Shown here piece by piece: positions 39,064-47,819 of a stretch of DNA of 64,000 nucleotides. Made by a program: the position numbers and the translations under genes. The DNA comes from an uncultured delta proteobacterium. GTDB lineage: Bacteria > Desulfobacterota > Binatia > DP-6. The stretch is taken from contig CAWKPA010000006.1 in the NCBI GenBank assembly GCA_963851365.1, positions 49,353 to 113,352 of the forward strand, given 5' to 3'. Below the pieces are notes generated by a model. The model was given only the letters and a program-made list of their open reading frames with translations. It did not search any database and had not been told where the DNA came from. Each line of letters begins with the position of its first letter. The first letter of the stretch is position 1.

Positions 39064-41361
39064 ATGATGCAGGCAATCCCCCGTCGCATCGAAGGACAAC
39101 GGGGCCACCGGCTCACCGAGCGTTCCGCGAGCAGACGGTCGCATGCGTTGGTACGGGTCGCCTTGGTGCTCTGCGTGCTACTCGTCCTCTGGTCGGCGGC
39201 TCTGGCCGCCTCGCCCGCTGCCGAATCCAACGCGGAGGACCTCCATCCGCTCCGGCCCGCCGACACGACGAGCCCCCAGGCGACGCTGCAGGGCTTCCAG
39301 GAGCACATGCGGGAAGTGGTGCGGGGGTGGCACGCCCGTCTGCCGCCCGCCGACCTCGATCGTGTGATCTCCAAGGCGTTGGACGCTCTCGACTTGAGCG
39401 GACTTCCGCCATCCGAGCGCGTGGACCAGGGTGCGGAGCGGGCCATCATTCTGCTGGACATTCTCGGCCGCATCGAGCTGCCGCCGCTCGCTGAGATTCC
39501 CGACGCTGCGGCCGTCGAGGCCAGCGCCCTGCACCGATGGACCATCCCGGACACCGAGATCACCATCGCCCGCACCGAAGAGGGCCCGGAGGCCGGCCGT
39601 TTCCAGTTCACCTGGCCCACCGTGCAGCAGCTCCCGGCATTCTACGAGCTCGCCAATCGCCTCCCGCCCAAGCGGGACTCCCTGGCCGGGTTCTACGAGG
39701 AATGGTCTTATGCGCCCGGCCCCTGGGTCCCCTCGGGCTGGACGACGAACCTGCCCGAGTTCGCCTACGTCGTCGTCTGGCATCAGCGGCTCTGGCAGTG
39801 GTTGGCGGCGTTTGCTGCGCTGGCGCTCACGGCAGCCGTGATCGTGCTGGCGTACCGCGTCGCTCGAAAGATCGATCGGGCTCGCGGCGACGGCGGGCGG
39901 ACAGGTCATTTCGCGCGGCTGGTCGCCACGGTCTTCACGATCGCGCTTCTCCAGCTCGCCACCCGCCTCCTCGACGACGCCGTCAACTTGACCGGGCAGC
40001 GCCTGTTCGTGGTGAACGGCGCCCTACGTGTCGTGCTCTACGTCGCCGTCGGTTGGCTGATCCTGTTCGGCCTGGACGCCCTCGGCGCCGCCGTCATCCG
40101 CCTGCGGGATTCTCGTCCAAGCAGCATCGATGCGCATCTGGTGCGGGTCGTCGGGCGCCTGCTCGCCATCGTCACCGTCGTCTGCCTGATCGTGTGGGTG
40201 GCCGAGTCGTTCGGCATCCCGGCGACGCCGCTGATCGCCAGCCTCGGCGTCGGCGGCCTCGCCATCGCGCTGGCCGTGCGGCCCACGCTCGAGAACGTCA
40301 TTGGCGGCTTGATCCTCTTCGCCGACAAACCGGTCCGCGTCGGCGACTTCTGCCAGTACGGCGACGCCGTCGGCACGGTCGAGGAGATCGGCCTGCGGTC
40401 GACGCGGATCCGCTCCCTGGAGCGGAGCACCGTCACCATTCCCAACGCCGAGTTCTCCCATATGCAGCTGGACAACTTCTCGAAGCGGGACCTGCGGCTG
40501 CTGAACATCGTGCTCCAGCTTCGGTACGAGACGACGGCCGAGCAGATGCGCTGGATCCTCGCCACACTGCGCGAGCTCCTGCTCGGCCATCCAATGGTCA
40601 TCCCGGAGCCGGCACGGGTCCGCCTGGTCGACTTCGGCGCCTACTCGAAGAACGTCGAGATGTTCGCCTACCTCCGCTGCCAGGATCAGGACGCCTTCCT
40701 CGCCATCAAGGAGGACCTCCTGCTGCGGATCGAGGACGTCATCGAACAGGGGGGCAGCGGCTTCGCCTTCCCCTCGCAGACGGCCTACTTCGCCCGGGAC
40801 GGGGGCCTGGACGCAGAGCGCCGGGACGCTGCCCAGGCCCAGGTCGGCCAGTGGCGCGCGCGCGGCCGCCTCCCGTTCCCGGACTTCGAGGCGAACGAGC
40901 GCGACCGGCTGAAGGACGTGCTCGACTACCCGCCGAGGGGCTCGCCGCACTACGAGCCGCCCCGGCCCGCCGTCGAGCGGGAGGTCGCGAGGGTGTCGTC
41001 AACCTTCGCGGTGGAGGATCTGGCAGATCTTCCCGCACTGGTCGCGAAGCTGCGGGGCGGAAATGCGCTTGCTCAGCACCTCTCGATCCAGCTCTCGGCC
41101 GAGACGCAAGAGCTGCTGTCGCGCTACGAAGGGGGCGCGGACGCAGCTCTGAAGAAGGCGCTCGTCCGGGAGCTGAACGCCGTGATCCGTGGCCCGTCCC
41201 TCTACGACGAGGATCGCTTCGACAAGGTCGATCTCGCCCCGGAGACCGAGGCGCTGCTCGGGCGGGCGCCGGAGGGCGAGGATCTGCGGCGCCTCAACCT
41301 GCTGCTGCTGCAGGACGCCTACCCGGCGGAGCTGTCGCGCCGGAAGGTCGTGGCGAGGTGA
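39064..41361 (+). CDS. mechanosensitive ion channel (MscS family, large form)
   Basis: 765 aa. N-terminal signal and periplasmic region, then a TM region with the MscS core LGVGGLAIALAVRPTLENVIGGLILFADKPVRVGDF ... TIPNAEF. Confidence 0.85.
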   Translation: MMQAIPRRIEGQRGHRLTERSASRRSHALVRVALVLCVLLVLWSAALAASPAAESNAEDLHPLRPADTTSPQATLQGFQEHMREVVRGWHARLPPADLDRVISKALDALDLSGLPPSERVDQGAERAIILLDILGRIELPPLAEIPDAAAVEASALHRWTIPDTEITIARTEEGPEAGRFQFTWPTVQQLPAFYELANRLPPKRDSLAGFYEEWSYAPGPWVPSGWTTNLPEFAYVVVWHQRLWQWLAAFAALALTAAVIVLAYRVARKIDRARGDGGRTGHFARLVATVFTIALLQLATRLLDDAVNLTGQRLFVVNGALRVVLYVAVGWLILFGLDALGAAVIRLRDSRPSSIDAHLVRVVGRLLAIVTVVCLIVWVAESFGIPATPLIASLGVGGLAIALAVRPTLENVIGGLILFADKPVRVGDFCQYGDAVGTVEEIGLRSTRIRSLERSTVTIPNAEFSHMQLDNFSKRDLRLLNIVLQLRYETTAEQMRWILATLRELLLGHPMVIPEPARVRLVDFGAYSKNVEMFAYLRCQDQDAFLAIKEDLLLRIEDVIEQGGSGFAFPSQTAYFARDGGLDAERRDAAQAQVGQWRARGRLPFPDFEANERDRLKDVLDYPPRGSPHYEPPRPAVEREVARVSSTFAVEDLADLPALVAKLRGGNALAQHLSIQLSAETQELLSRYEGGADAALKKALVRELNAVIRGPSLYDEDRFDKVDLAPETEALLGRAPEGEDLRRLNLLLLQDAYPAELSRRKVVAR
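41308..41358. repeat. direct repeat copy 1 (3' end of mscS)
   Basis: CTGCAGGACGCCTACCCGGCGGAGCTGTCGCGCCGGAAGGTCGTGGCGAGG; about 88% identical to copy 2 at 42505-42555. Confidence 0.6.
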
Positions 41362-41534
41362 GGCGCAGGTGCGCGCAGCCGCGACAACGGTTCAGGCACC
41401 GCGGCTCGCCGCACAGCGCGAGCCGCTCATCCGCGATGGAGCAGCCGACATCGCCAACGCCGCCCCGCACGAATTCGGTGATCCGCACCGGTCTCCGGGG
41501 CCGTGGTTCTCCGCTGCCCGTGCCTGAGCGGTAG

Positions 41535-42416
41535 GTGGTACAGATGGATTACCGTCGGAAGTTCGTCATCGAGCCCGGGCAGAAGGTGCGGCTGCGCAGG
41601 ATCGATCCTGCCTACACCGGGAAGCACGAGTCGCGCGAGGCGGCGCTGCCGAGAATCCAGGAGCACCTCGCGCGGCTCACCGCGCTCCAGTACCTGCTCT
41701 ATGCGGACGGCAACCAATCGCTCCTGGTCGTCCTGCAGGCGCTCGACGCGGGCGGCAAGGACGGCGTGGTGCGCCACGTGTTCAACGCCATGAACCCGCA
41801 GGGCACGTCGGTGTTCGGTTTCAAGCAGCCGAGCAAGGTGGAGGCGGCGCACGACTTCCTCTGGCGGGCGCACCAGCGCACGCCCGGGAGGGGGGAGGTC
41901 GTCATCTTCAACCGCTCGCACTACGAGGACGTGCTCGTGGTGCGGGTCCACAAGCTGCTGCCGAAGTCGGTCTGGTCGAAGCGCTACGAGCTCATCAACG
42001 ACTTCGAGAAGATGCTCCACGAGAACGGGACACGCATCGTGAAGCTCTATCTCCACATCAGCCCGGAAGAGCAGCTCGCCCGCTTCCACGAGCGGCTCGA
42101 GGATCCCGCGCGCCAGTGGAAGATCAGCGAGTCCGACTACTCGGAGCGCGAGCTGTGGCCCGCCTACGTCGAGGCGTTCGAGGAGGCCATGGAACGGACG
42201 AGCACGCGGCACGCGCCGTGGTACGTCATCCCCGCCAACCACAAGTGGTTCCGCGACCTCGCGATCTCGGCGATCATCGCCGACACGATGGATGAGATGG
42301 GGCTCCGGCTGCCGCCGACGCGGGTGGACGTCGCGGAGATGCGGCGCAAGTATCACGCCGCCGCGCTGGAGCAGGCGCGCCGGGACGGGCGGCGGGCGGG
42401 ACGCAAGAGGAACTAA
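41535..42416 (+). CDS. ppk2: polyphosphate kinase 2 (PPK2)
   Basis: 293 aa with PPK2 Walker-like motif LQALDAGGKDG and lid motifs. Confidence 0.9.
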   Translation: MVQMDYRRKFVIEPGQKVRLRRIDPAYTGKHESREAALPRIQEHLARLTALQYLLYADGNQSLLVVLQALDAGGKDGVVRHVFNAMNPQGTSVFGFKQPSKVEAAHDFLWRAHQRTPGRGEVVIFNRSHYEDVLVVRVHKLLPKSVWSKRYELINDFEKMLHENGTRIVKLYLHISPEEQLARFHERLEDPARQWKISESDYSERELWPAYVEAFEEAMERTSTRHAPWYVIPANHKWFRDLAISAIIADTMDEMGLRLPPTRVDVAEMRRKYHAAALEQARRDGRRAGRKRN

Positions 42417-42504
42417 GGCCACATCCCCCTGATCACGCGCGGGCCGCACTCCTGGCGGAGGGGCCGGAGGACGCCGGCTCCCGGCTTGGCGAGGGGACGG
42501 TACC

Positions 42505-42555
42505 CTGCAGGACGCCTCCTCGGCGGAGCTGTCCCACAGGAAGGTCGTGGCGAGG
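42505..42555. repeat. direct repeat copy 2 (degenerate copy of mscS 3' end)
   Basis: CTGCAGGACGCCTCCTCGGCGGAGCTGTCCCACAGGAAGGTCGTGGCGAGG, 90 bp downstream of the ppk2 stop. Confidence 0.6.
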
Positions 42556-42612
42556 CGACGACCACGCGGTCCGCCGTGTCGAGGAACGGCCGGCAGCGTT
42601 CGCCACGCGCGG

Positions 42613-43791
42613 CTACTTCGCGATGGTGATGGGGATACTCGCATCCTGGACCGCCTGGACGGTCGTCTGGAAGAGGACGTTGAGGATGGCGAACGACTGT
42701 CGGTCCCAGCGGGTGTCGTTCACGCTGTAGTGCTTGCTCCGATACTCGATCGACGGGACGTTGCCGCTGGGGCCCGAGCCGGTGACGTTGATCTTGAGCG
42801 TGAACGGGGGGCTCGGTGCGGTCTCCTGGAGCCAAGGGTTCGGGGGGACCTCGTAGCCCTCGTCGAGATCGATGCCCAGTGCGAGGAAGCCGAGAATCTG
42901 CATCAGGCTCCGCAGCTTGATCGCCCCCTCGAGCGCCACGCCGCTCGCTGGGTGGAGGGAGAGGTGAACGAAGCCGGCAGGATTCCTCTTGATCCGCTCG
43001 TTCAGCTGGAAGCGCTCCAGGTCGGTGAGCGACATCGGGTCGACGTTGGTCACGATGACGCGACCCGCCTCGAGCCGCGTCAGTTCGAAGCCGCCATCGG
43101 CCTTCTGGCGCCACCGCAGGCCCTTGTCGAAACCGTTGTTGATGTCCTCGGCGCGCGGGATGGCCCTCAAGTCGGCAACGAGAATGTCTTCGAAGACGAG
43201 GGCGCGAACGAACAGCTGCCGGGATTCGTTGAGCGCCTGGAGAATCGAGGCGATCCGGCGGAACTCCTCGTACTCCTGCGGGCGCCGGGGGTCGTTCTCG
43301 ATGAAACGTACGAAGCGGCCGTCCTCGGCCTGGACCTCGATGCCGGCCGCCATGATTCGCATGGCCTGGTCGATGCGGGTGCCCTGGAACACGACGAACT
43401 CGAACGTGCTGTCCGGGAACGGTGTTGCGATGCGCTTGGTGAACTCTTCGCCTGTGATGGGCAGGATGCTGAAGGTAGGATTCTCCGAGGAGCTGGCGCC
43501 GATGTTGATATCGAGGAAGTTGGACTTGGCCGCCTGGGTGAGCTGGCCACCGGCCCCGGCCGTCGTCGTCCAGTCGAAAGTCGCGGCGATGCTGGAGGTG
43601 GTGGTGAAGTGCACCGATTCGCCGTGGTGCAGGCGGGCGATGTTGAGGAGGAGCAGCTTCTCGTCGAGGGACTTGGCGACCTCGTCGTAGCTCAGCACCT
43701 GCCGCTCCAGCACCGGTGGCCCGAGACAGCCGGCCAGAAGCAAGGCGAGCGAGACGAGGCCCAACGGGAGCGCCATGCATCGATCATGCAT
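42613..43791 (-). CDS. lipoprotein of unknown function
   Basis: About 392 aa with signal peptide and lipobox LLLAGC. Confidence 0.6.
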   Translation of the reverse strand: MHDRCMALPLGLVSLALLLAGCLGPPVLERQVLSYDEVAKSLDEKLLLLNIARLHHGESVHFTTTSSIAATFDWTTTAGAGGQLTQAAKSNFLDINIGASSSENPTFSILPITGEEFTKRIATPFPDSTFEFVVFQGTRIDQAMRIMAAGIEVQAEDGRFVRFIENDPRRPQEYEEFRRIASILQALNESRQLFVRALVFEDILVADLRAIPRAEDINNGFDKGLRWRQKADGGFELTRLEAGRVIVTNVDPMSLTDLERFQLNERIKRNPAGFVHLSLHPASGVALEGAIKLRSLMQILGFLALGIDLDEGYEVPPNPWLQETAPSPPFTLKINVTGSGPSGNVPSIEYRSKHYSVNDTRWDRQSFAILNVLFQTTVQAVQDASIPITIAK

Positions 43792-43874
43792 CGTTCCCAC
43801 GATCCCCGACCGTCCCGCGCGTCGGCGATCGCATCCACTCCCCTCCGAGCAACCCTCCAGCATGGCCTGGAGCG

Positions 43875-43891
43875 GTGTGCCTGGTGCACAC
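43875..43891. promoter_or_regulatory. palindromic putative operator in divergent lipoprotein/cfa intergenic region
   Basis: GTGTGC-ctggt-GCACAC: 6-bp perfect inverted arms with a 5-bp spacer. Confidence 0.2.
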
Positions 43892-44063
43892 ACCGCTTCG
43901 TTACTCTCTTACTGCAACGCGGATGGGAGGTAAAAGACCGGATCGCGGCTCCGCCCGTTGTGGCGATGCCACATGGCCCACACCGGCCCGCGCCGGCAGA
44001 GGAGGGCGCGCGCAGTCCGCAACGGACTTGAACGAGGCGCAGCCGCCTGCGAAACATCGGGAC

Positions 44064-45158
44064 ATGGCGACGCCCGCGATCGGGGACCCGGCGTCCCGAT
44101 CCGCTGCAACGAACACGGCGCCACGCGCGGTCGAGCGTTTCGCCGAGCGGGGCTGGATCCCGCGGCCGCTCGTCCGCCTGGGCATCCGCCGGATGATCGG
44201 GGATCGGCTCGACGCCGAATCCCGCCGCGACCCGACAGCGCGGCGCCGCGAGCTGCTCGCCGCCATGCGCGCCGCGCCGATCGCGATCCACACGTCGGAC
44301 GCGAACGTGCAGCACTACGAGGTGCCGGCTGCCTTCTTCCAGCACGTGCTCGGCCCGCGGCTCAAGTACAGCGCCTGCTTCTGGCCCGACGGCGTCCACA
44401 CGTTGGCCGCGGCCGAGGAGGCGATGCTCGCACTCACCTGCGAACGCGCCGGTATCGCCGACGGCCAGCATGTGCTCGACCTGGGCTGCGGCTGGGGCTC
44501 CCTCACCAGATGGCTCCTGGAGCGGTACCCGCACTGCCGCGTCACGGCGGTCTCGAACTCGGCGTCGCAGCGCGCCTGGATTGCCGCCGATCTCGCCGCC
44601 CGCGGGCTCGCGGACCGCGCGACGCTGGTCACGGCCGACATGAACCGCTTCGACCCCGCACGCCGCTTCGACCGCGTCTGCTCGATCGAGATGTTCGAGC
44701 ACATGCGGAACTGGGAAGTGCTGCTCGGGCGGATCGCCGCCTGGATCGAGCCGGACGGACGGCTCTTCGCCCACGTGTTCGCCCACCGGACCTTCGCCTA
44801 CCCATACGAAGTCGACGGCGACGGCGACTGGATGGCCCGCCACTTCTTCACCGGCGGCCTGATGCCGGCGCACGACCTCTTCGCCGCCTTCGACCGCGAC
44901 CTGGCGGTGGAGGCCTCGTGGCAGGTGGCGGGCCCACACTACGCCCGCACCTGCGAAGCGTGGCTCGCGAACCTCGACGCCGCACGCGACGCCGTGCTGC
45001 CGGTGCTCGCGGCAACCTACGGGCCGGCAGCCGCAGCGCGCTGGCTGAACCGCTGGCGCCTCTTCTTTCTCGCCTGCGCCGAGCTGTTCGCCTTCGGGGG
45101 CGGCGACGAGTGGCTCGTGTCGCACCACCGGTTGCGGCTGGTCAGCCGAACATGCTGA
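44064..45158 (+). CDS. cfa: cyclopropane-fatty-acyl-phospholipid synthase family SAM-dependent methyltransferase
   Basis: 364 aa with SAM-binding motif VLDLGCGWG and CFA/mycolic-acid methyltransferase-like sequence throughout. Confidence 0.85.
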   Translation: MATPAIGDPASRSAATNTAPRAVERFAERGWIPRPLVRLGIRRMIGDRLDAESRRDPTARRRELLAAMRAAPIAIHTSDANVQHYEVPAAFFQHVLGPRLKYSACFWPDGVHTLAAAEEAMLALTCERAGIADGQHVLDLGCGWGSLTRWLLERYPHCRVTAVSNSASQRAWIAADLAARGLADRATLVTADMNRFDPARRFDRVCSIEMFEHMRNWEVLLGRIAAWIEPDGRLFAHVFAHRTFAYPYEVDGDGDWMARHFFTGGLMPAHDLFAAFDRDLAVEASWQVAGPHYARTCEAWLANLDAARDAVLPVLAATYGPAAAARWLNRWRLFFLACAELFAFGGGDEWLVSHHRLRLVSRTC

Positions 45159-45358
45159 AACGCGCCCCCATGGGGACGAACGACGGCGCCTGCGACTACG
45201 GGCCACTGGCGGGGCTGATCGGCACCTGGACCGGCGACAAGGGCGTCGACGTGGCCCCCGAGCCGGAGGGGGAGTCGCGCAGCCCCTACTTCGAGACCAT
45301 CACTTTCGAGGCGGCCGGCGACGTCACCGACGAGAACGATCTGGCCCGCACGCGGTGA
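45152..45358 (+). CDS. small protein with nitrobindin/FABP-like N-terminal motif (short or truncated)
   Basis: 68 aa (GPLAGLIGTWTGDKG ... YFETITFEAAGDV). Its stop overlaps the GTG of the next gene in a GTGA; nitrobindin-like proteins are normally about 160-200 aa. Confidence 0.35.
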   Translation: MLKRAPMGTNDGACDYGPLAGLIGTWTGDKGVDVAPEPEGESRSPYFETITFEAAGDVTDENDLARTR

Positions 45359-46287
45359 CCGTCGTGGGCGGCGGCCGTGCGGCCGATCCGCACCGCGCCG
45401 CCCTCGCGGCGATCGCCGTCGCGGTCCTGGTGTGGTCGCTCAGCAACGTCGCCATCAAAGCGACGAGCGTCACCGGGCTGGTGGCCTCGTTCTGGAGGTT
45501 GTGGATCGCCGTGCCTGTGCTCTGGGTCGCCGTGCTGGCGACGCCGTCGGCCCGCGCCGAGCTGGGCGTCGGGTTCCGGCAGGCCAGCCTGGTCGGCGGC
45601 CTGCTCTTCGGGCTGCACCAGATCCTGTTCTTCAGCGCGCTCAAGCTGACCAGCGTGGCGACCGTGTCCATGATCGGCGCGTTGCAGCCGGCGCTCGTGC
45701 TGGTGGTGGCCGGACCGCTCTTCGGCGAACGGATCACCCGCGCGACGGCGGCGTGGACCGCCGTCGCGCTCGCCGGCACGCTGCTGGTGGTCCTCGGCGG
45801 CACGAGCGTTCCCGGGCGGACGCTGGCGGGCGACCTCATCGCCGCGGCCAACCTGGTGGTCTTCACCGCCTATTTCCTCGCCTCCAAGCACCTCCGCGCG
45901 CGCGTCCGGGCGCTCGCCTATGTCTGCGGCCTCACGTCGGTGGCGGCGGTCGTCGTGGGCGCCGCGGCGCTGGCGCACGGCGAGACGCTCGGCAGCCCGC
46001 ACGGAGCCGACTGGGCGCTCCTCGGCTTCATCGCACTCGTCCCGGGGACCCTGGGGCACCTGCTGATCAACTGGGCGCATCCCCCCGCGCCCGCGATGAT
46101 CAGCTCGGTGATGCTGCTCGGCGTACCGGTGCTGTCGCCGCTGTTGGCAACCGCGCTGCTGGCGGAGCCGCTGGGCGCCCTCCAGCTCGCCGGCGGCGCC
46201 GCGGTGTTGCTCGCCGTCGGACGGCTCGTCACGATGCCGCCACGCACCGACCTGGCGGAAGGCGTTGCCGAAGCGGACGCGCCCTGA
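45355..46287 (+). CDS. EamA/DMT-family transporter
   Basis: 310 aa with 10 TM helices in two EamA-like repeats. Confidence 0.8.
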   Translation: MTVVGGGRAADPHRAALAAIAVAVLVWSLSNVAIKATSVTGLVASFWRLWIAVPVLWVAVLATPSARAELGVGFRQASLVGGLLFGLHQILFFSALKLTSVATVSMIGALQPALVLVVAGPLFGERITRATAAWTAVALAGTLLVVLGGTSVPGRTLAGDLIAAANLVVFTAYFLASKHLRARVRALAYVCGLTSVAAVVVGAAALAHGETLGSPHGADWALLGFIALVPGTLGHLLINWAHPPAPAMISSVMLLGVPVLSPLLATALLAEPLGALQLAGGAAVLLAVGRLVTMPPRTDLAEGVAEADAP

Positions 46288-46331
46288 GGACGACTCGCGC
46301 CACACGAGCTGGCCCGCTAGGCTTCCGTTCC

Positions 46332-47123
46332 ATGTCGCCCGCCGAAGTGGAGACGCTGCGCGCGCTGGCCGTGCGCCTCGCCGCCCAGGCGGCGGCGGTG
46401 CACCGGGCCGGGCTCGGGCGCAACCTCCAGGTGGAAACCAAGGGCTCGCCGACCGACCATGTGAGCGAGGTCGACCGCGACGCCGAACGGCTCGTCGTGG
46501 ACGGTATCGCGGCGGCGCGGCCGCACGACGGCATCCTGGGTGAGGAAGGCAGCGCGCGGCCCGGCACGTCGGGCGTGCGGTGGATCGTCGACCCGCTCGA
46601 CGGCACCACCAACTACCTCTACGGCTTCCCCGCTTGGTCGGTGTCGATCGGCGTCGAGGTCGACGGCATACCCACGGTCGGCGTCGTGCACGATTCGGTC
46701 CACGACCTCTGCTACGCCGGCGTGCGCGGCGGCGGCGCGACGTGCAACGGGCGGCCGACCCGCGTGCGCCCCTGCGCCGATCTCCGCATGGCGCTGGTCG
46801 CCACGGGCTTTCAATACCGCGCGACCGTCCGCGCTCGGCAGGCGGCGACGCTGGCGGCCGTGCTGCCGGCCGTGCGCGACGTCCGCCGCGGCGGATCGGC
46901 GGCGCTCGACCTGTGCTGGGTGGCGGCGGGCCACGTCGACGCGTTCTACGAGGCGGCGCTCGCGGAATGGGACGTCGCCGGGGGGATGGTGGTCGCTGAG
47001 GCCGCCGGCGCCGAGATCCGCCGGATCGAGGTTCCGGACGGTCCGTCGCCCTTGGTGGTCGCGACACACCCGGGATTGATGACCGCACTCCTCGACCTGC
47101 TGCACGCCAGCGGGGCTTTCTGA
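46332..47123 (+). CDS. inositol monophosphatase family protein (SuhB/CysQ-like)
   Basis: IMPase motifs WIVDPLDGTTNY and ATGFQY. Confidence 0.85.
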   Translation: MSPAEVETLRALAVRLAAQAAAVHRAGLGRNLQVETKGSPTDHVSEVDRDAERLVVDGIAAARPHDGILGEEGSARPGTSGVRWIVDPLDGTTNYLYGFPAWSVSIGVEVDGIPTVGVVHDSVHDLCYAGVRGGGATCNGRPTRVRPCADLRMALVATGFQYRATVRARQAATLAAVLPAVRDVRRGGSAALDLCWVAAGHVDAFYEAALAEWDVAGGMVVAEAAGAEIRRIEVPDGPSPLVVATHPGLMTALLDLLHASGAF

Positions 47124-47191
47124 GACCCACGATCGCATACGGGGCGGCGCGGATTGACTCCGCGGCGCGACTCGGGTCTGCATAGCGCCGC

Positions 47192-47809
47192 ATGTCGATC
47201 ACGCCCCGCTCCGCACCTGGTCCCGTCGCGCGGACCCTCGGGAAGCTCTGGCTGCGACTGTTCGGCTGGCGGGTGGAGGGGCGTCTGCCGCATCACCCCT
47301 GCGCCGTGGTCATCGCCGCCCCGCACACGTCGAACTGGGACCTGCCCTTCATGCTGGCGGTGTCCTGGGTGCTCGGCGTCCGGCCGGCGTGGCTCGGCAA
47401 GCACCGGCTGTTCCGGCCACCGTTCGGCGGCCTGATGCGCTGGCTCGGCGGCGTCCCGGTCGATCGCCGCGCGCCGGGCGGCATGGTCGCGGAGGCCGCC
47501 GCCCGCCTCCGCGAGGCGGATCGCCTCATGCTGGTGGTTCCGCCATCCGGAACGCGCAGTCGGGCCCCGCGCTGGAAGTCCGGGTTCTACCACATCGCCC
47601 GGACCGCCGAGGTGCCGATCCTCTGCACGTTCCTCGACTACCGCCGCCGCGTGGGAGGGATCGGCCCGACCGTCGCGCCGACCGGCGACATCGCCGCCGA
47701 CATGAAGGTCATCCGCGCGTTCTACGAGCCGATCCGGGGGCGCCGCCCGGCGCAGGCAACGCCCGTGCGCCTCGCGGAGGAGGACGGCGCGGCCGCCGAA
47801 CGGGCCTGA
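47192..47809 (+). CDS. lysophospholipid acyltransferase-like protein (PlsC family)
   Basis: HxxxxD acyltransferase motif APHTSNWD. Confidence 0.7.
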   Translation: MSITPRSAPGPVARTLGKLWLRLFGWRVEGRLPHHPCAVVIAAPHTSNWDLPFMLAVSWVLGVRPAWLGKHRLFRPPFGGLMRWLGGVPVDRRAPGGMVAEAAARLREADRLMLVVPPSGTRSRAPRWKSGFYHIARTAEVPILCTFLDYRRRVGGIGPTVAPTGDIAADMKVIRAFYEPIRGRRPAQATPVRLAEEDGAAAERA

Positions 47810-47819
47810 GCCGCCCCGC

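Noticed and set aside
38943-39620. 225-aa minus-strand ORF antisense to mscS 5' end and other antisense/R-rich ORFs throughout the track
   Set aside because: The composition is biased to S/R/A, and the ORFs overlap well-supported genes on the opposite strand. This is expected by chance at 70% GC.
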